From Oscillospiraceae bacterium (lineage in GTDB: Bacteria > Bacillota > Clostridia > Oscillospirales > CAG-272): a stretch of 35,106 bases of DNA. Within the stretch, counting starts at the first letter, position 1. Every line of letters begins with the position of its first letter. Positions 27,030-35,106 of the stretch are shown here, piece after piece. Made by a program: the position numbers and the translations under genes. Under the pieces are notes generated by a model. That model was not told the DNA's origin and searched no databases. It saw nothing but the letters and a program-made list of their open reading frames with translations. The stretch spans positions 1 through 35,106 of the forward strand of contig SVRB01000002.1 of assembly GCA_015065045.1 (NCBI GenBank), in the 5' to 3' direction.

Positions 27030-27434
27030 TTATTTCTTAGCGTACTTAGGGTTTACGATCTTACGCCAGTCGAGGTCACCTCTGTCAAGTGCGCAAACCA
27101 AAACCTCTGCTGTTGCAATATTCGTAGCCAAAGGCACGTTATGAATATCGCAAAGTCTTACTATATTGTTATCATTTTCGAAATTGTAATCCGAATCTCT
27201 GAAAAACAAAAGCAGGTCTATCTCATCGTATGAAATACGTGATGCAATCTGTTCTGTTCCACCCTGATATCCTGAAAGAAGACATTCAATATTAAGTCCT
27301 GTAGCATCAGAAATATACTTTCCGGTAGTACCGGTCGCATAAAGCTCGTGCTTGCACAAAATTCCACAATACGCAATACAAAACTGAGCCATCAATTCTT
27401 TCTTCTTTTCACCTGCAATAATTGCTATCTGCAT
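27030..27434 (-). CDS. mgsA: Methylglyoxal synthase
   Basis: The product begins MQIAIIAGEKKKELM and contains LYATGTTG and HNVPLATN, typical of the MGS domain. An AAAGGAGG RBS precedes the ATG at 27434, and the tracked ORF starts at an upstream TTG. Confidence 0.9.
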   Translation of the reverse strand: MQIAIIAGEKKKELMAQFCIAYCGILCKHELYATGTTGKYISDATGLNIECLLSGYQGGTEQIASRISYDEIDLLLFFRDSDYNFENDNNIVRLCDIHNVPLATNIATAEVLVCALDRGDLDWRKIVNPKYAKK

Positions 27435-27477
27435 TTTGTCCTCCTTTTGCAATCTAAATCACTCAAACGTATACAAT

Positions 27478-28263
27478 TTAATTATTTAAAAGCTTACGCC
27501 TGTTTACCTTTTTAAATCCCGTAAACAACGGAACGTTCTTCCCCTCAGTCCTCTTGCAAATATTATTAAAAGCCTTTGCAATATTACATTCCTTTACAGT
27601 ATCGATCATTTCCCCTCGGTCCTGCATAAGAACTATAGACGGATCATTCGGAATTATTCCGACAAGCTTCAAATACGTCTTATCTATTATATCCACAACA
27701 GACGGCTTTTTATTACTATCCTTCCCTGTTGTATCAAACATATTTATTACAAGCCTTTTGTCAACTACTCCCATATCCTCAAGCTCTCTGCCTGTACATT
27801 CTGCAGCCCTGATGGACGGAAACGAGTGTGTTGCAACGATATACGCCATATCACAGCTCAATGCCGCTGCCTCAAACTCCTCACCCGAGCTTCCGGGAGT
27901 ATCAAGAATAATATAATCAAGTGAATATTTTTCCTTAGCTTCATCAAGCATTTCAGAAAAAGCCCTGCTGTCTATTCCACCCTGCCAGTTAAACGGTGCG
28001 GGTAAAAACAACAAATTCTTATCGCGGCGATCCACAATAACCGCCTTTTCCAACAATGCTTTTTTAAGCAAAACGTCGCCTGCATCATAAACGATCTGCT
28101 CTTCGACACCAAGTATAATATCAAGACATCTCATTCTGAAATCGCAGTCAACAAGCATGGTTCTTTTCCCACCAAAAGCAAGACGCAACGCCATATTTGC
28201 CGCAACAGTTGATTTACCGACACCGCCCTTAAACGATGTAACCATAACAACCTTACACGACAT
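27478..28263 (-). CDS. MinD-like ParA-family ATPase
   Basis: It has a deviant Walker A (FKGGVGKST), a MinD-like switch region (DCDFRMRCLDIILGVEEQIVYDAGDVL) and a basic amphipathic C-terminus (FTGFKKVNRRKLL). The start is set at MSCKVV (ATG at 28263) with a GGAGGT RBS. Confidence 0.8.
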   Translation of the reverse strand: MSCKVVMVTSFKGGVGKSTVAANMALRLAFGGKRTMLVDCDFRMRCLDIILGVEEQIVYDAGDVLLKKALLEKAVIVDRRDKNLLFLPAPFNWQGGIDSRAFSEMLDEAKEKYSLDYIILDTPGSSGEEFEAAALSCDMAYIVATHSFPSIRAAECTGRELEDMGVVDKRLVINMFDTTGKDSNKKPSVVDIIDKTYLKLVGIIPNDPSIVLMQDRGEMIDTVKECNIAKAFNNICKRTEGKNVPLFTGFKKVNRRKLLNN

Positions 28264-28322
28264 ATTATGCACCTCCGTCTAAATTTCTTTCAGCACACAA
28301 AAAATAAAACCATATCAAACTG

Positions 28323-28352
28323 ATTATAGCACACAAAACAAACTTTTGTCAA
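28323..28352 (-). promoter_or_regulatory. Candidate promoter of the minD-like/mgsA unit (TTGACA-18-TATAAT)
   Basis: On the minus strand the -35 is at 28352-28347 and the -10 at 28328-28323. Confidence 0.55.
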
Positions 28353-28392
28353 TAACATTTGCCAATTAAAAAACATACCATTTTCACAAAAC

Positions 28393-28418
28393 AAAAAAAG
28401 CCCCGAAGGGCTTTTTTA
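28393..28418 (-). terminator. Intrinsic terminator of pnp
   Basis: The stem agccc / gggct has a cgaa loop and is flanked by A7 and T6 runs. It lies 16 nt after the pnp stop. Confidence 0.8.
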
Positions 28419-28433
28419 TATCTTAATCAACTA

Positions 28434-30746
28434 TTATTTCTTTTTAAAGAAACCGAACAAGCCTTTGCTTTCTGCTTCTGAAGCCGGTTCTTCAACCTTT
28501 GCAGGTTCAACTACGGGAGCAGGAGTTTCCTTGATTTCTACCTTAGGCTCTTCTCTGCGTTCTTCTCTGTTGTAAGGACGTCTGTTGTTGGGGTTTTCTC
28601 TGAATTTATCATTGTTATTTGTTCTGGGACGGGGAGGACGTCTGTCTTCGCCTTCGATCTTAGGAAGAGTATCTCTTCTGGAGAGGTTAAGTCTTCCCTT
28701 TTCGTCTGTACCCATGAACTTAACAGTGATTATATCACCTTCGTTACATACGTCTTCTACCTTTTCAACTCTCTTGTTATCGAGCTTTGAAATATGAACG
28801 AGACCTTCCTTACCGGGAGCAAACTCAACGAATGCACCGATAGGAATAATTCTTGTTACCTTACCTGTATAAATAGCGCCAACCTCGGGTTCGAATACGA
28901 TACCGTCGATAATAGTCTTTGCAGCGTATGCGCTATCTCTATTCACAGCGGAAATGTAAATTGTACCATCGTCTTCGATGTCTATCTTAGCGCCTGTATC
29001 AGCAACGATCTTCTGAATAACCTTACCGCCTGAACCGATAACTTCTCTGATCTTATCGGGGTTGATCTGCATTGTGATCATCTTGGGAGCATATTCGGAA
29101 ACGTCTTCTCTTGACTCAGGAATAGCCTTAAGAATAACTTCATCAATGATATAATCTCTACCCTTGTGTGTAACTTCGAGAGCATTCTTAATGATTTCGG
29201 GTGTCAAACCGTCGATCTTAAGGTCCATCTGGATAGATGTGATACCCTTGTGAGTACCTGCAACCTTAAAGTCCATATCGCCATAGAAGTCTTCAAGACC
29301 CTGAATGTCTATCATAGTCATCCAACGTTCGCCTTCTGTAATAAGACCGCAAGAAATACCTGCAACGGGAGCCTTGATCGGAACACCTGCATCCATAAGA
29401 GCCAAAGTCGAACCACAAACAGATGCCTGTGATGTAGAACCGTTAGAGCTGATTACTTCAGATACGCATCTGATAGCGTAGGGGAATTCTTCAACAGAAG
29501 GAAGCACAGGAACGAGTGAACGTTCTGCCAATGCACCGTGACCGATTTCACGTCTGCCGGGGCCTCTTGATGATTTTGCTTCACCAACGGAATATCCGGG
29601 CATATTGTAGTGGTGCATATATCTCTTTGTTTCTTCTGTATCAATACCGTCGAGAATCTGAGCATCGCCTATCGGGCCGAGTGTAGCGATAGTCATAACC
29701 TGAGTCTGACCTCTTGTGAACATACCGCTTCCGTGTGTACGGTTGAAAAGTCCAACCTCAGCAGCCAAGGGTCTGATCTCATCCATTCTTCTGCCGTCAA
29801 CACGCTTACCGTCTTCAAGCAACCAACGACGTACGATCTTCTTCTGGATCTTGTATATAAGCTCGCCGATAATTTCGGGCATTTCGGGATACTCTTCGCT
29901 GAACTTTTCAACGATAGCATCTGTTATAGGCTGCATTCTTTCATCACGAACGTTCTTGTCATCTGTATCAAGAGCAAACATAACGTCCTTTTCGCAGAAA
30001 TCAAACACCTTATCAAACATATCATGATCAAATTCGCATGAAGGATAATCAAACTTAGGCTTACCAACCTCAGCAACGATAGAGTTGATGAAGTTACAAA
30101 CATTCTTGATCTCTTCGTGAGCTGTCATAATAGCGTCATACATAACGTCGTCGCTTACTTCCTTAGCTCCTGCTTCGATCATAACAACCTTATTCAAGCT
30201 ACCTGCAACTGTAAGCTCGAGGTCGCTCTTTTCTCTCTGTTCAACTGTGGGGTTAAGAACGATCTGTCCGTCAACCAAACCAACAAACACACCTGCGATA
30301 GGTCCGTTCCACGGAATATCGGATATAGAAAGTGCGATAGAAGCACCGATCATACCTGCAATTTCAGGGCTATTGTCGTTATCAACGCAAAGCACAGTCA
30401 AGCTAAGGTTTACGTCATTACGCAAATCCTTGGGGAAAAGAGGTCTGATGGGTCTGTCAATAACACGAGATGTCAAAATAGCCTTTTCAGAAGGCTTTCC
30501 TTCTCTCTTAAGGTAACCGCCGGGAATTCTACCTACAGCGTAAAGTCTTTCTTCGAAATCAACAGATAAGGGTAAAAAATCAATACCGTCTCTGGGTTTT
30601 GCACTTGCTGTTGCGGTCGCAAGAATTACCGTGTCGCCAAAGCGAACCAAGCAAGAACCATTTGCAAGTCCTGCCATTTTGCCTGTTTCAATTACAAGCT
30701 TTCTTCCTGACAATTCATACTCGAACGTCTTGTAGTTCTCAAACAT
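28434..30746 (-). CDS. pnp: Polyribonucleotide nucleotidyltransferase (PNPase) with a C-terminal extension
   Basis: The 770-aa product has two RNase PH domains, a KH domain (GSGGKVIQKI) and an S1 domain (GKVTRIIPIGAFVEF). A low-complexity tail of about 74 aa follows. Confidence 0.97.
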   Translation of the reverse strand: MFENYKTFEYELSGRKLVIETGKMAGLANGSCLVRFGDTVILATATASAKPRDGIDFLPLSVDFEERLYAVGRIPGGYLKREGKPSEKAILTSRVIDRPIRPLFPKDLRNDVNLSLTVLCVDNDNSPEIAGMIGASIALSISDIPWNGPIAGVFVGLVDGQIVLNPTVEQREKSDLELTVAGSLNKVVMIEAGAKEVSDDVMYDAIMTAHEEIKNVCNFINSIVAEVGKPKFDYPSCEFDHDMFDKVFDFCEKDVMFALDTDDKNVRDERMQPITDAIVEKFSEEYPEMPEIIGELIYKIQKKIVRRWLLEDGKRVDGRRMDEIRPLAAEVGLFNRTHGSGMFTRGQTQVMTIATLGPIGDAQILDGIDTEETKRYMHHYNMPGYSVGEAKSSRGPGRREIGHGALAERSLVPVLPSVEEFPYAIRCVSEVISSNGSTSQASVCGSTLALMDAGVPIKAPVAGISCGLITEGERWMTMIDIQGLEDFYGDMDFKVAGTHKGITSIQMDLKIDGLTPEIIKNALEVTHKGRDYIIDEVILKAIPESREDVSEYAPKMITMQINPDKIREVIGSGGKVIQKIVADTGAKIDIEDDGTIYISAVNRDSAYAAKTIIDGIVFEPEVGAIYTGKVTRIIPIGAFVEFAPGKEGLVHISKLDNKRVEKVEDVCNEGDIITVKFMGTDEKGRLNLSRRDTLPKIEGEDRRPPRPRTNNNDKFRENPNNRRPYNREERREEPKVEIKETPAPVVEPAKVEEPASEAESKGLFGFFKKK

Positions 30747-30872
30747 TTTCTTCCTCCGTTTTCTTCACTACGGCATATGTTTTAGCACTTAAATGCCTGT
30801 CCGACAAGCAATTTCGTCGGGCAAATATTTAACTGCTAAACCACTATGCCTTTTTTGTTTTATAAACTTATA

Positions 30873-30896
30873 GGGCAGAACCGTAAAATTCTGCCC
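30873..30896 (-). terminator. rpsO terminator / pnp leader hairpin
   Basis: An 8-bp stem (gggcagaa / ttctgccc) lies 16 nt after the rpsO stop. The following T tract is weak, which is consistent with partial read-through into pnp as in other bacteria. Confidence 0.6.
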
Positions 30897-30911
30897 CATT
30901 TTAAGCGTGTT

Positions 30912-31175
30912 TTATTTACGGATACCGAGTTTTTCGATTATTGCACGATAACGGTTGATATCCTTCTTTGTAAGATAGTTAAGAAGATTTCTTCTGCGTC
31001 CTACCATCTTGAGCAAACCGCGTCTTGAGTGGTGGTCGTTTGCGTTCTTCTTAAGGTGCTCTGTGAGAGTATTGATTCTATCTGTAAGGATAGCGATCTG
31101 TACTTCGGGAGAGCCTGTGTCTGTTTCGTGAAGCTTGTTAGCATCAATTACCTGTTTCTTCTGTTCTTTCAACAT
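30912..31175 (-). CDS. rpsO: 30S ribosomal protein S15
   Basis: The 87-aa product contains [42 protein letters not shown], which is diagnostic of S15. Confidence 0.95.
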   Translation of the reverse strand: MLKEQKKQVIDANKLHETDTGSPEVQIAILTDRINTLTEHLKKNANDHHSRRGLLKMVGRRRNLLNYLTKKDINRYRAIIEKLGIRK

Positions 31176-31284
31176 AATTTTTCACCTCATAAATTATTTT
31201 CGTCAAACGTCAGTAAGCGGTCGGTGAAGCAAAGCATTTTCGCTTTTTTGTCCGCAAACCGAGTCTGCGATTACATACCCTAAT

Positions 31285-31313
31285 AATATAACACACTTGC
31301 CTTCATTTGTAAA
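31285..31313 (-). promoter_or_regulatory. Candidate promoter of rpsO (TTTACA-17-TATATT, TGn extended)
   Basis: On the minus strand the -35 is at 31313-31308 and the -10 at 31290-31285. This gives a leader of about 105 nt. Confidence 0.55.
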
Positions 31314-31353
31314 GAGCTTTCCGTCATTTAATATTTTATTTACAATTTATTCC

Positions 31354-32790
31354 TCACGAAAACTCTTTTTCCATATCAGCCTTAAAAAATTTATCCTGCC
31401 TTCCAACGTAAAACTCATACGTTCTGTCCGTCAAAACAGCCTGAGTCAACGCCAAGTAAGTGGACCCCGCAACAGAGGTGTACACTCCGCCGTACACGTA
31501 AGCAAAATCATAACTCACGCTATCAAAAAGCTTTCTTACCATATAGTAAGATCTCGAATCGCGCAAAGCATAATCAAGCATATCTCTTGACCAAGCATCA
31601 TACACAAGCGACGACGTTTCGTTATATGCGCGAAGAAGGTCGGCAACATATTCTGTAGACTGATTAGATTTTAAAACAGCAAAAACCTGCGCGTTTTCAT
31701 TAGCATAGGTATAATATTTTTCTTGCTGATCATCGTATTTCGGAAGCGGAACTACACCGTAATTACCTCTTATTTTCGAAGCATTATCGAGACTGTCTAC
31801 ATAAAACAGAATTTTTCCATTTCCAAAATCATCGTAAGCATTTGCAGAACTGAAAAACTTAGCGGGATCTGCCACTACGCTTTTCATCTTATTTATAAAA
31901 CCGTTAAAACGTTCGCCATTATCAGCAACAGTAGGGATTACAGTGGCTCCGGTATTTGCATACTTCATTCCGGAAGCACCAAACATCGCTTGAACAAACA
32001 TTTCTCCGCTGTAAGCACCGAGAGTAATAACGTCAGGATATTTTTCCTTACACATATCCTTAAGGCTCATCATAAAATCAAAAGTAAAAGTGCCATTATC
32101 TACACTGTCGTATATCAGATCCGTTATTCCGCAATCGTTTGCAATATCCTTATTGAAATACACTCCGACGTACGAACCCGGAGTAATTGCCGAATCTCCT
32201 ACCACTCCGTACACTCCGTTGCCGCCCGAAAACTGAGACAATGATTCAGCATCATAGCAATCAGCGTTCAGACTTTCACCGAGTATCTCGTTAAGATTAT
32301 ATAACATATCCTTGCTATGCAACACACCGATACATTTCTGAGGAACAAGCACTAAATCAGCATACTTAGCTCCCGAGTTATGCGCTGCAGTAGCATTAGT
32401 CAAAAACTCATCATACGAAACACGGCGTATATAAAGCTTACAATTCAGCTTATTTACAATAAGCTCGCGCTGAATATCGAGAGCCCTCAGATACGCAGAC
32501 TCACTTGAAGCATTTAAGCCTACTCCTGTATCATCGGCAATAACTATCGTTAAAGACGCCTCCTCAAAATCCTTGGACGCCGTATATTCCTCAAGAGCTT
32601 TTTCGGCTATATCCTTACCCGCCGCAAGAACGTCAGTTTGCGCAGGTATTTTTTCACCCTCAGCCTTTAAACCGGAGTCGTTAGAACCCTGACTCAAATT
32701 ACCGCCCTTGTTTATCACAATAAAGCAAGACGTCAAGCTGCTGAGACAAATAACAATAACCAGAAAAAGAACAACAATTTTCTTCAACAA
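31354..32790 (-). CDS. Lipoprotein resembling an extracellular solute-binding protein (distant paralog 3)
   Basis: The 478-aa product has a signal peptide with lipobox LTSC. It shares the GVVPLPKYDDQQEKYY block with paralogs 1 and 2. It uses a TTG start 5 nt after a GAGGT RBS, only 14 nt downstream of the cysS stop. Confidence 0.75.
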   Translation of the reverse strand: MLKKIVVLFLVIVICLSSLTSCFIVINKGGNLSQGSNDSGLKAEGEKIPAQTDVLAAGKDIAEKALEEYTASKDFEEASLTIVIADDTGVGLNASSESAYLRALDIQRELIVNKLNCKLYIRRVSYDEFLTNATAAHNSGAKYADLVLVPQKCIGVLHSKDMLYNLNEILGESLNADCYDAESLSQFSGGNGVYGVVGDSAITPGSYVGVYFNKDIANDCGITDLIYDSVDNGTFTFDFMMSLKDMCKEKYPDVITLGAYSGEMFVQAMFGASGMKYANTGATVIPTVADNGERFNGFINKMKSVVADPAKFFSSANAYDDFGNGKILFYVDSLDNASKIRGNYGVVPLPKYDDQQEKYYTYANENAQVFAVLKSNQSTEYVADLLRAYNETSSLVYDAWSRDMLDYALRDSRSYYMVRKLFDSVSYDFAYVYGGVYTSVAGSTYLALTQAVLTDRTYEFYVGRQDKFFKADMEKEFS

Positions 32791-32804
32791 GTTTTACCTC
32801 ATTT

Positions 32805-34205
32805 TTATTTTATCGAGTAAGTAGTACCCTCTTTTGTATCTGTAAGTATAATACCTCTTGCGGCAAGCTCGTTCCTGATACGGTCTGCTTCCGCATAGTT
32901 CTTAGCCTTCTTAGCCTCGAGTCTGAGAGCGATCTGCTCTTTTATTTCTCTATCGAGATCGGAATCAACCTCATTTGCGCCGTTTTCTTCAACATCATCC
33001 TTATCAAGATCGATGCCGAGAATAGAATCACAAAGCACAATAAGCTCATATATCTTATTTGACTTTGTTTCATATCTTGCCATATTCCAAACAGCGCCGA
33101 GCGCCTTGGGAATATTAAGGTCGTCGTTTATAGCTTCTTCAAATTCATTCTTAAGCTTGATAAGCTCTTCTTCACTTACCTGTCCGTCAGCGCCCTTGTG
33201 CTTTTTAATCTGGTTCTTAAGATTCTTCAAAGACTTCTTCGCAGAATCCATACCCTCAAAAGTAAAGTTAAGCTTCTGGCTGTAATGAGCGTTAAGGCAG
33301 AAGTATCTGAATACCATAGGAGAATATCCCTTTTCCTGAAGCTGATCAAGAGTATAAGTATTTCCAAGGCTCTTTGACATCTTACCGCCGTCAACGAGCA
33401 TAAATTCACCGTGTATCCACCATTTTGCAGCAGGATGACCCAAAAGTCCGCATGTCTGCGCAATTTCGTTTTCGTGGTGTATCGGAATATGGTCAACACC
33501 ACCTGTATGGATATCAAATTCCTCGCCGAGATACTTAAGACCCATAGCTGAGCATTCAATATGCCAACCGGGATAACCCATTCCCCAAGGTGATTCCCAC
33601 TGCATAATGTGAGTAGGATCTGCCTTCTTCCAAAGGGCAAAATCTGCGGGATGACGCTTTTCGCTGTTTACTTCAACACGGGCACCTGCCTGATTTTCGT
33701 CAAAGTTCATTCTTGAAAGCTTACCGTAATCCTTGAACTTCTTGATATCGTAATAAATACCGTCGCTTGTTTCGTAAGCATATCCGTTATCAAGCAATCC
33801 CTGAACGAAATCTATCATTTCCTGAATATGCATAGTAGCCTTCGGAACGATTTCGGGAATCTGAATGTTAAGTCTTTCTATATCGCGAAGAAATACGCCT
33901 GTATAGTATTCAGCAATTTCCCAAGGTGTCTTTTTCTGCTCACGGGCAGTCTTTGACATCTTATCTTCACCGTCGTCAGAATCACTTACAAGGTGTCCTA
34001 CGTCGGTTATGTTCATAGCGTGAAGAAGGTCATATCCGTTCCACTGCAACGTTCTTCTCAAAAAATCCATAAATACGTACGTTCTCATATTACCGATATG
34101 AGCGTAGCCGTATACTGTAGGTCCGCAAGAATAAATTCTTACGGTATTTCCGTTAAGAGGAGTAAATTCTCCCTTTTGTCTTGTCATCGTGTTATAAAGC
34201 TTCAT
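32805..34205 (-). CDS. cysS: Cysteine--tRNA ligase
   Basis: The 466-aa product has the class I motifs HIGN (AHIGNMRT) and KMSKS. Confidence 0.97.
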   Translation of the reverse strand: MKLYNTMTRQKGEFTPLNGNTVRIYSCGPTVYGYAHIGNMRTYVFMDFLRRTLQWNGYDLLHAMNITDVGHLVSDSDDGEDKMSKTAREQKKTPWEIAEYYTGVFLRDIERLNIQIPEIVPKATMHIQEMIDFVQGLLDNGYAYETSDGIYYDIKKFKDYGKLSRMNFDENQAGARVEVNSEKRHPADFALWKKADPTHIMQWESPWGMGYPGWHIECSAMGLKYLGEEFDIHTGGVDHIPIHHENEIAQTCGLLGHPAAKWWIHGEFMLVDGGKMSKSLGNTYTLDQLQEKGYSPMVFRYFCLNAHYSQKLNFTFEGMDSAKKSLKNLKNQIKKHKGADGQVSEEELIKLKNEFEEAINDDLNIPKALGAVWNMARYETKSNKIYELIVLCDSILGIDLDKDDVEENGANEVDSDLDREIKEQIALRLEAKKAKNYAEADRIRNELAARGIILTDTKEGTTYSIK

Positions 34206-34243
34206 ATTATATTTTCTCCTGTTTTCAGATAATTATATACTTT

Positions 34244-34990
34244 TTATTTGTTTTCCTTATTTTCGAGTTCCTTTATTCTTTCCTCAAGCTCAGAAATCTT
34301 CTGAGCAACGGGGTCAGGAATATGGATATGGTCAAGGTCATCGGCAACTCGCTTATTATTCCTTTTAACGACCTTAGCAGGTATACCTACTGCGGTACAG
34401 TTTTCAGGAACCTCATCGAGAACCACTGCGTTAGCCGCGATCTTCGATCCGTCTCCCACTTTAAAAGGTCCTAAAACTCTCGCACCCGCACCAACCATAA
34501 CGTTGTCGCCCAACGTCGGATGTCGCTTGCCTGTATCTTTTCCCGTACCGCCAAGAGTTACCCCCTGATACAAAGTACAGTTATCACCGATTTCAGTTGT
34601 TTCACCTATAACAACACCGGATCCGTGGTCAATAAACAAATTCTTGCCAATGGTAGCTCCGGGGTGTATTTCAATACCCGTAATCATCTTAGCGCCTTGG
34701 CTGATCATACGGGCTGAAAACTTGTGATTAGCCTTATACAGCTTATGCGAAACTCGGTGAGCCCACACTGCGTGGAGTCCCGAATAAAGCAACAAAACCT
34801 CAACCGTGCTTGATGCGGCAGGGTCTCTTTCTTTTACAGTTCTGACGTCTTCCGCTATCGTATCCTTTATACTGCTTATACACTTTGCAGTCTTACTGCT
34901 TTTGTAATACTGCTTTGCGATCTTAACAGGCTCGCTCGAAACAATATCTGCCATAACGTCAAACAGATCTTTTTTTACGTACTTTTTCAT
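34244..34990 (-). CDS. cysE: Serine O-acetyltransferase
   Basis: It has a SATase N-terminal helical domain and a left-handed beta-helix of hexapeptide repeats (IDHGSGVVIGETTEIGDNCTLYQGVTLGG). The start is set at MKKYVKK (ATG at 34990). Confidence 0.9.
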   Translation of the reverse strand: MKKYVKKDLFDVMADIVSSEPVKIAKQYYKSSKTAKCISSIKDTIAEDVRTVKERDPAASSTVEVLLLYSGLHAVWAHRVSHKLYKANHKFSARMISQGAKMITGIEIHPGATIGKNLFIDHGSGVVIGETTEIGDNCTLYQGVTLGGTGKDTGKRHPTLGDNVMVGAGARVLGPFKVGDGSKIAANAVVLDEVPENCTAVGIPAKVVKRNNKRVADDLDHIHIPDPVAQKISELEERIKELENKENK

Positions 34991-35011
34991 AACACATAGT
35001 CTCCCTAAAAA

Positions 35012-35106
35012 CAAAAAAACACCTTTGAATTACTCAAAGGCGGCGAAACATCCGCGGTTCCACTTCGGTTTATAACTTGCGTGTCAAGTATCGCTGACAA
35101 AACGGG
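35012..35106 (-). promoter_or_regulatory. T-box leader (3' part only; the 5' part lies beyond the window) controlling cysE-cysS
   Basis: On the minus strand a T-box-like sequence AAGTGGAACCGCGG lies at about 35065-35052. It is followed by a terminator hairpin CCTTTGA / TCAAAGG (35040-35022) and a T7 run. A T-box upstream of cysE-cysS is known in Bacillus. Confidence 0.8.

Noticed and set aside
30790-30830. A hairpin (TGTCCGAC...GTCGGGCA) in the rpsO-pnp intergenic region, considered as a separate regulatory RNA.
   Set aside because: It is most simply part of the pnp leader, the site of RNase III/PNPase autoregulation in other bacteria. On the coding (minus) strand it carries a C-A mismatch, so I could not support calling it as an independent feature.
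1-35106. A search for CRISPR arrays, tRNA or rRNA genes, IS elements, integrases, prophage genes, and toxin-antitoxin or defence gene clusters.
   Set aside because: I saw no regularly spaced direct repeats, no cloverleaf-compatible sequence and no transposase, integrase or phage-like ORFs. Every ORF above about 100 aa that has translation signals is assigned above.

Overview
This is a chromosomal core region of a low-GC Firmicute. Gene content and codon style suggest Clostridia, possibly Oscillospiraceae or Ruminococcaceae, but that is inference. Most of the window is housekeeping. It holds rpoC (5' fragment), rpoB, rpsT, mreB-like, argS, yebC, yajC, recG, a YhaO/YhaN (SbcEF-like) nuclease-ATPase pair, rbfA-nrnA-truB, serS with a T-box leader, mgsA, a MinD-like ATPase, pnp, rpsO, cysS and cysE with the 3' part of a second T-box. 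Non-core content is also present. There are three paralogous lipoproteins that resemble solute-binding proteins and have no adjacent permease genes. There is also a PIG-L deacetylase plus NagB-like pair, an orphan Wzz/CpsC-like modulator, and an uncharacterised polytopic membrane protein. I found no tRNA or rRNA gene, CRISPR array, transposase or integrase. The most unusual locus is a non-coding island of about 540 bp at 24810-25345, between truB and serS. By hand count its two core segments are 57-60% G+C, against about 40% in flanking genes. It contains at least seven stem-loops, lies between two bidirectional terminators, and has no credible ORF. I could not match it from memory to any common RNA family, so I propose it as a candidate novel structured RNA (one or two modules). 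It also sits where the conserved truB-ribF-rpsO-pnp order is broken. All promoter, terminator and structure calls were read by eye and none was computed.
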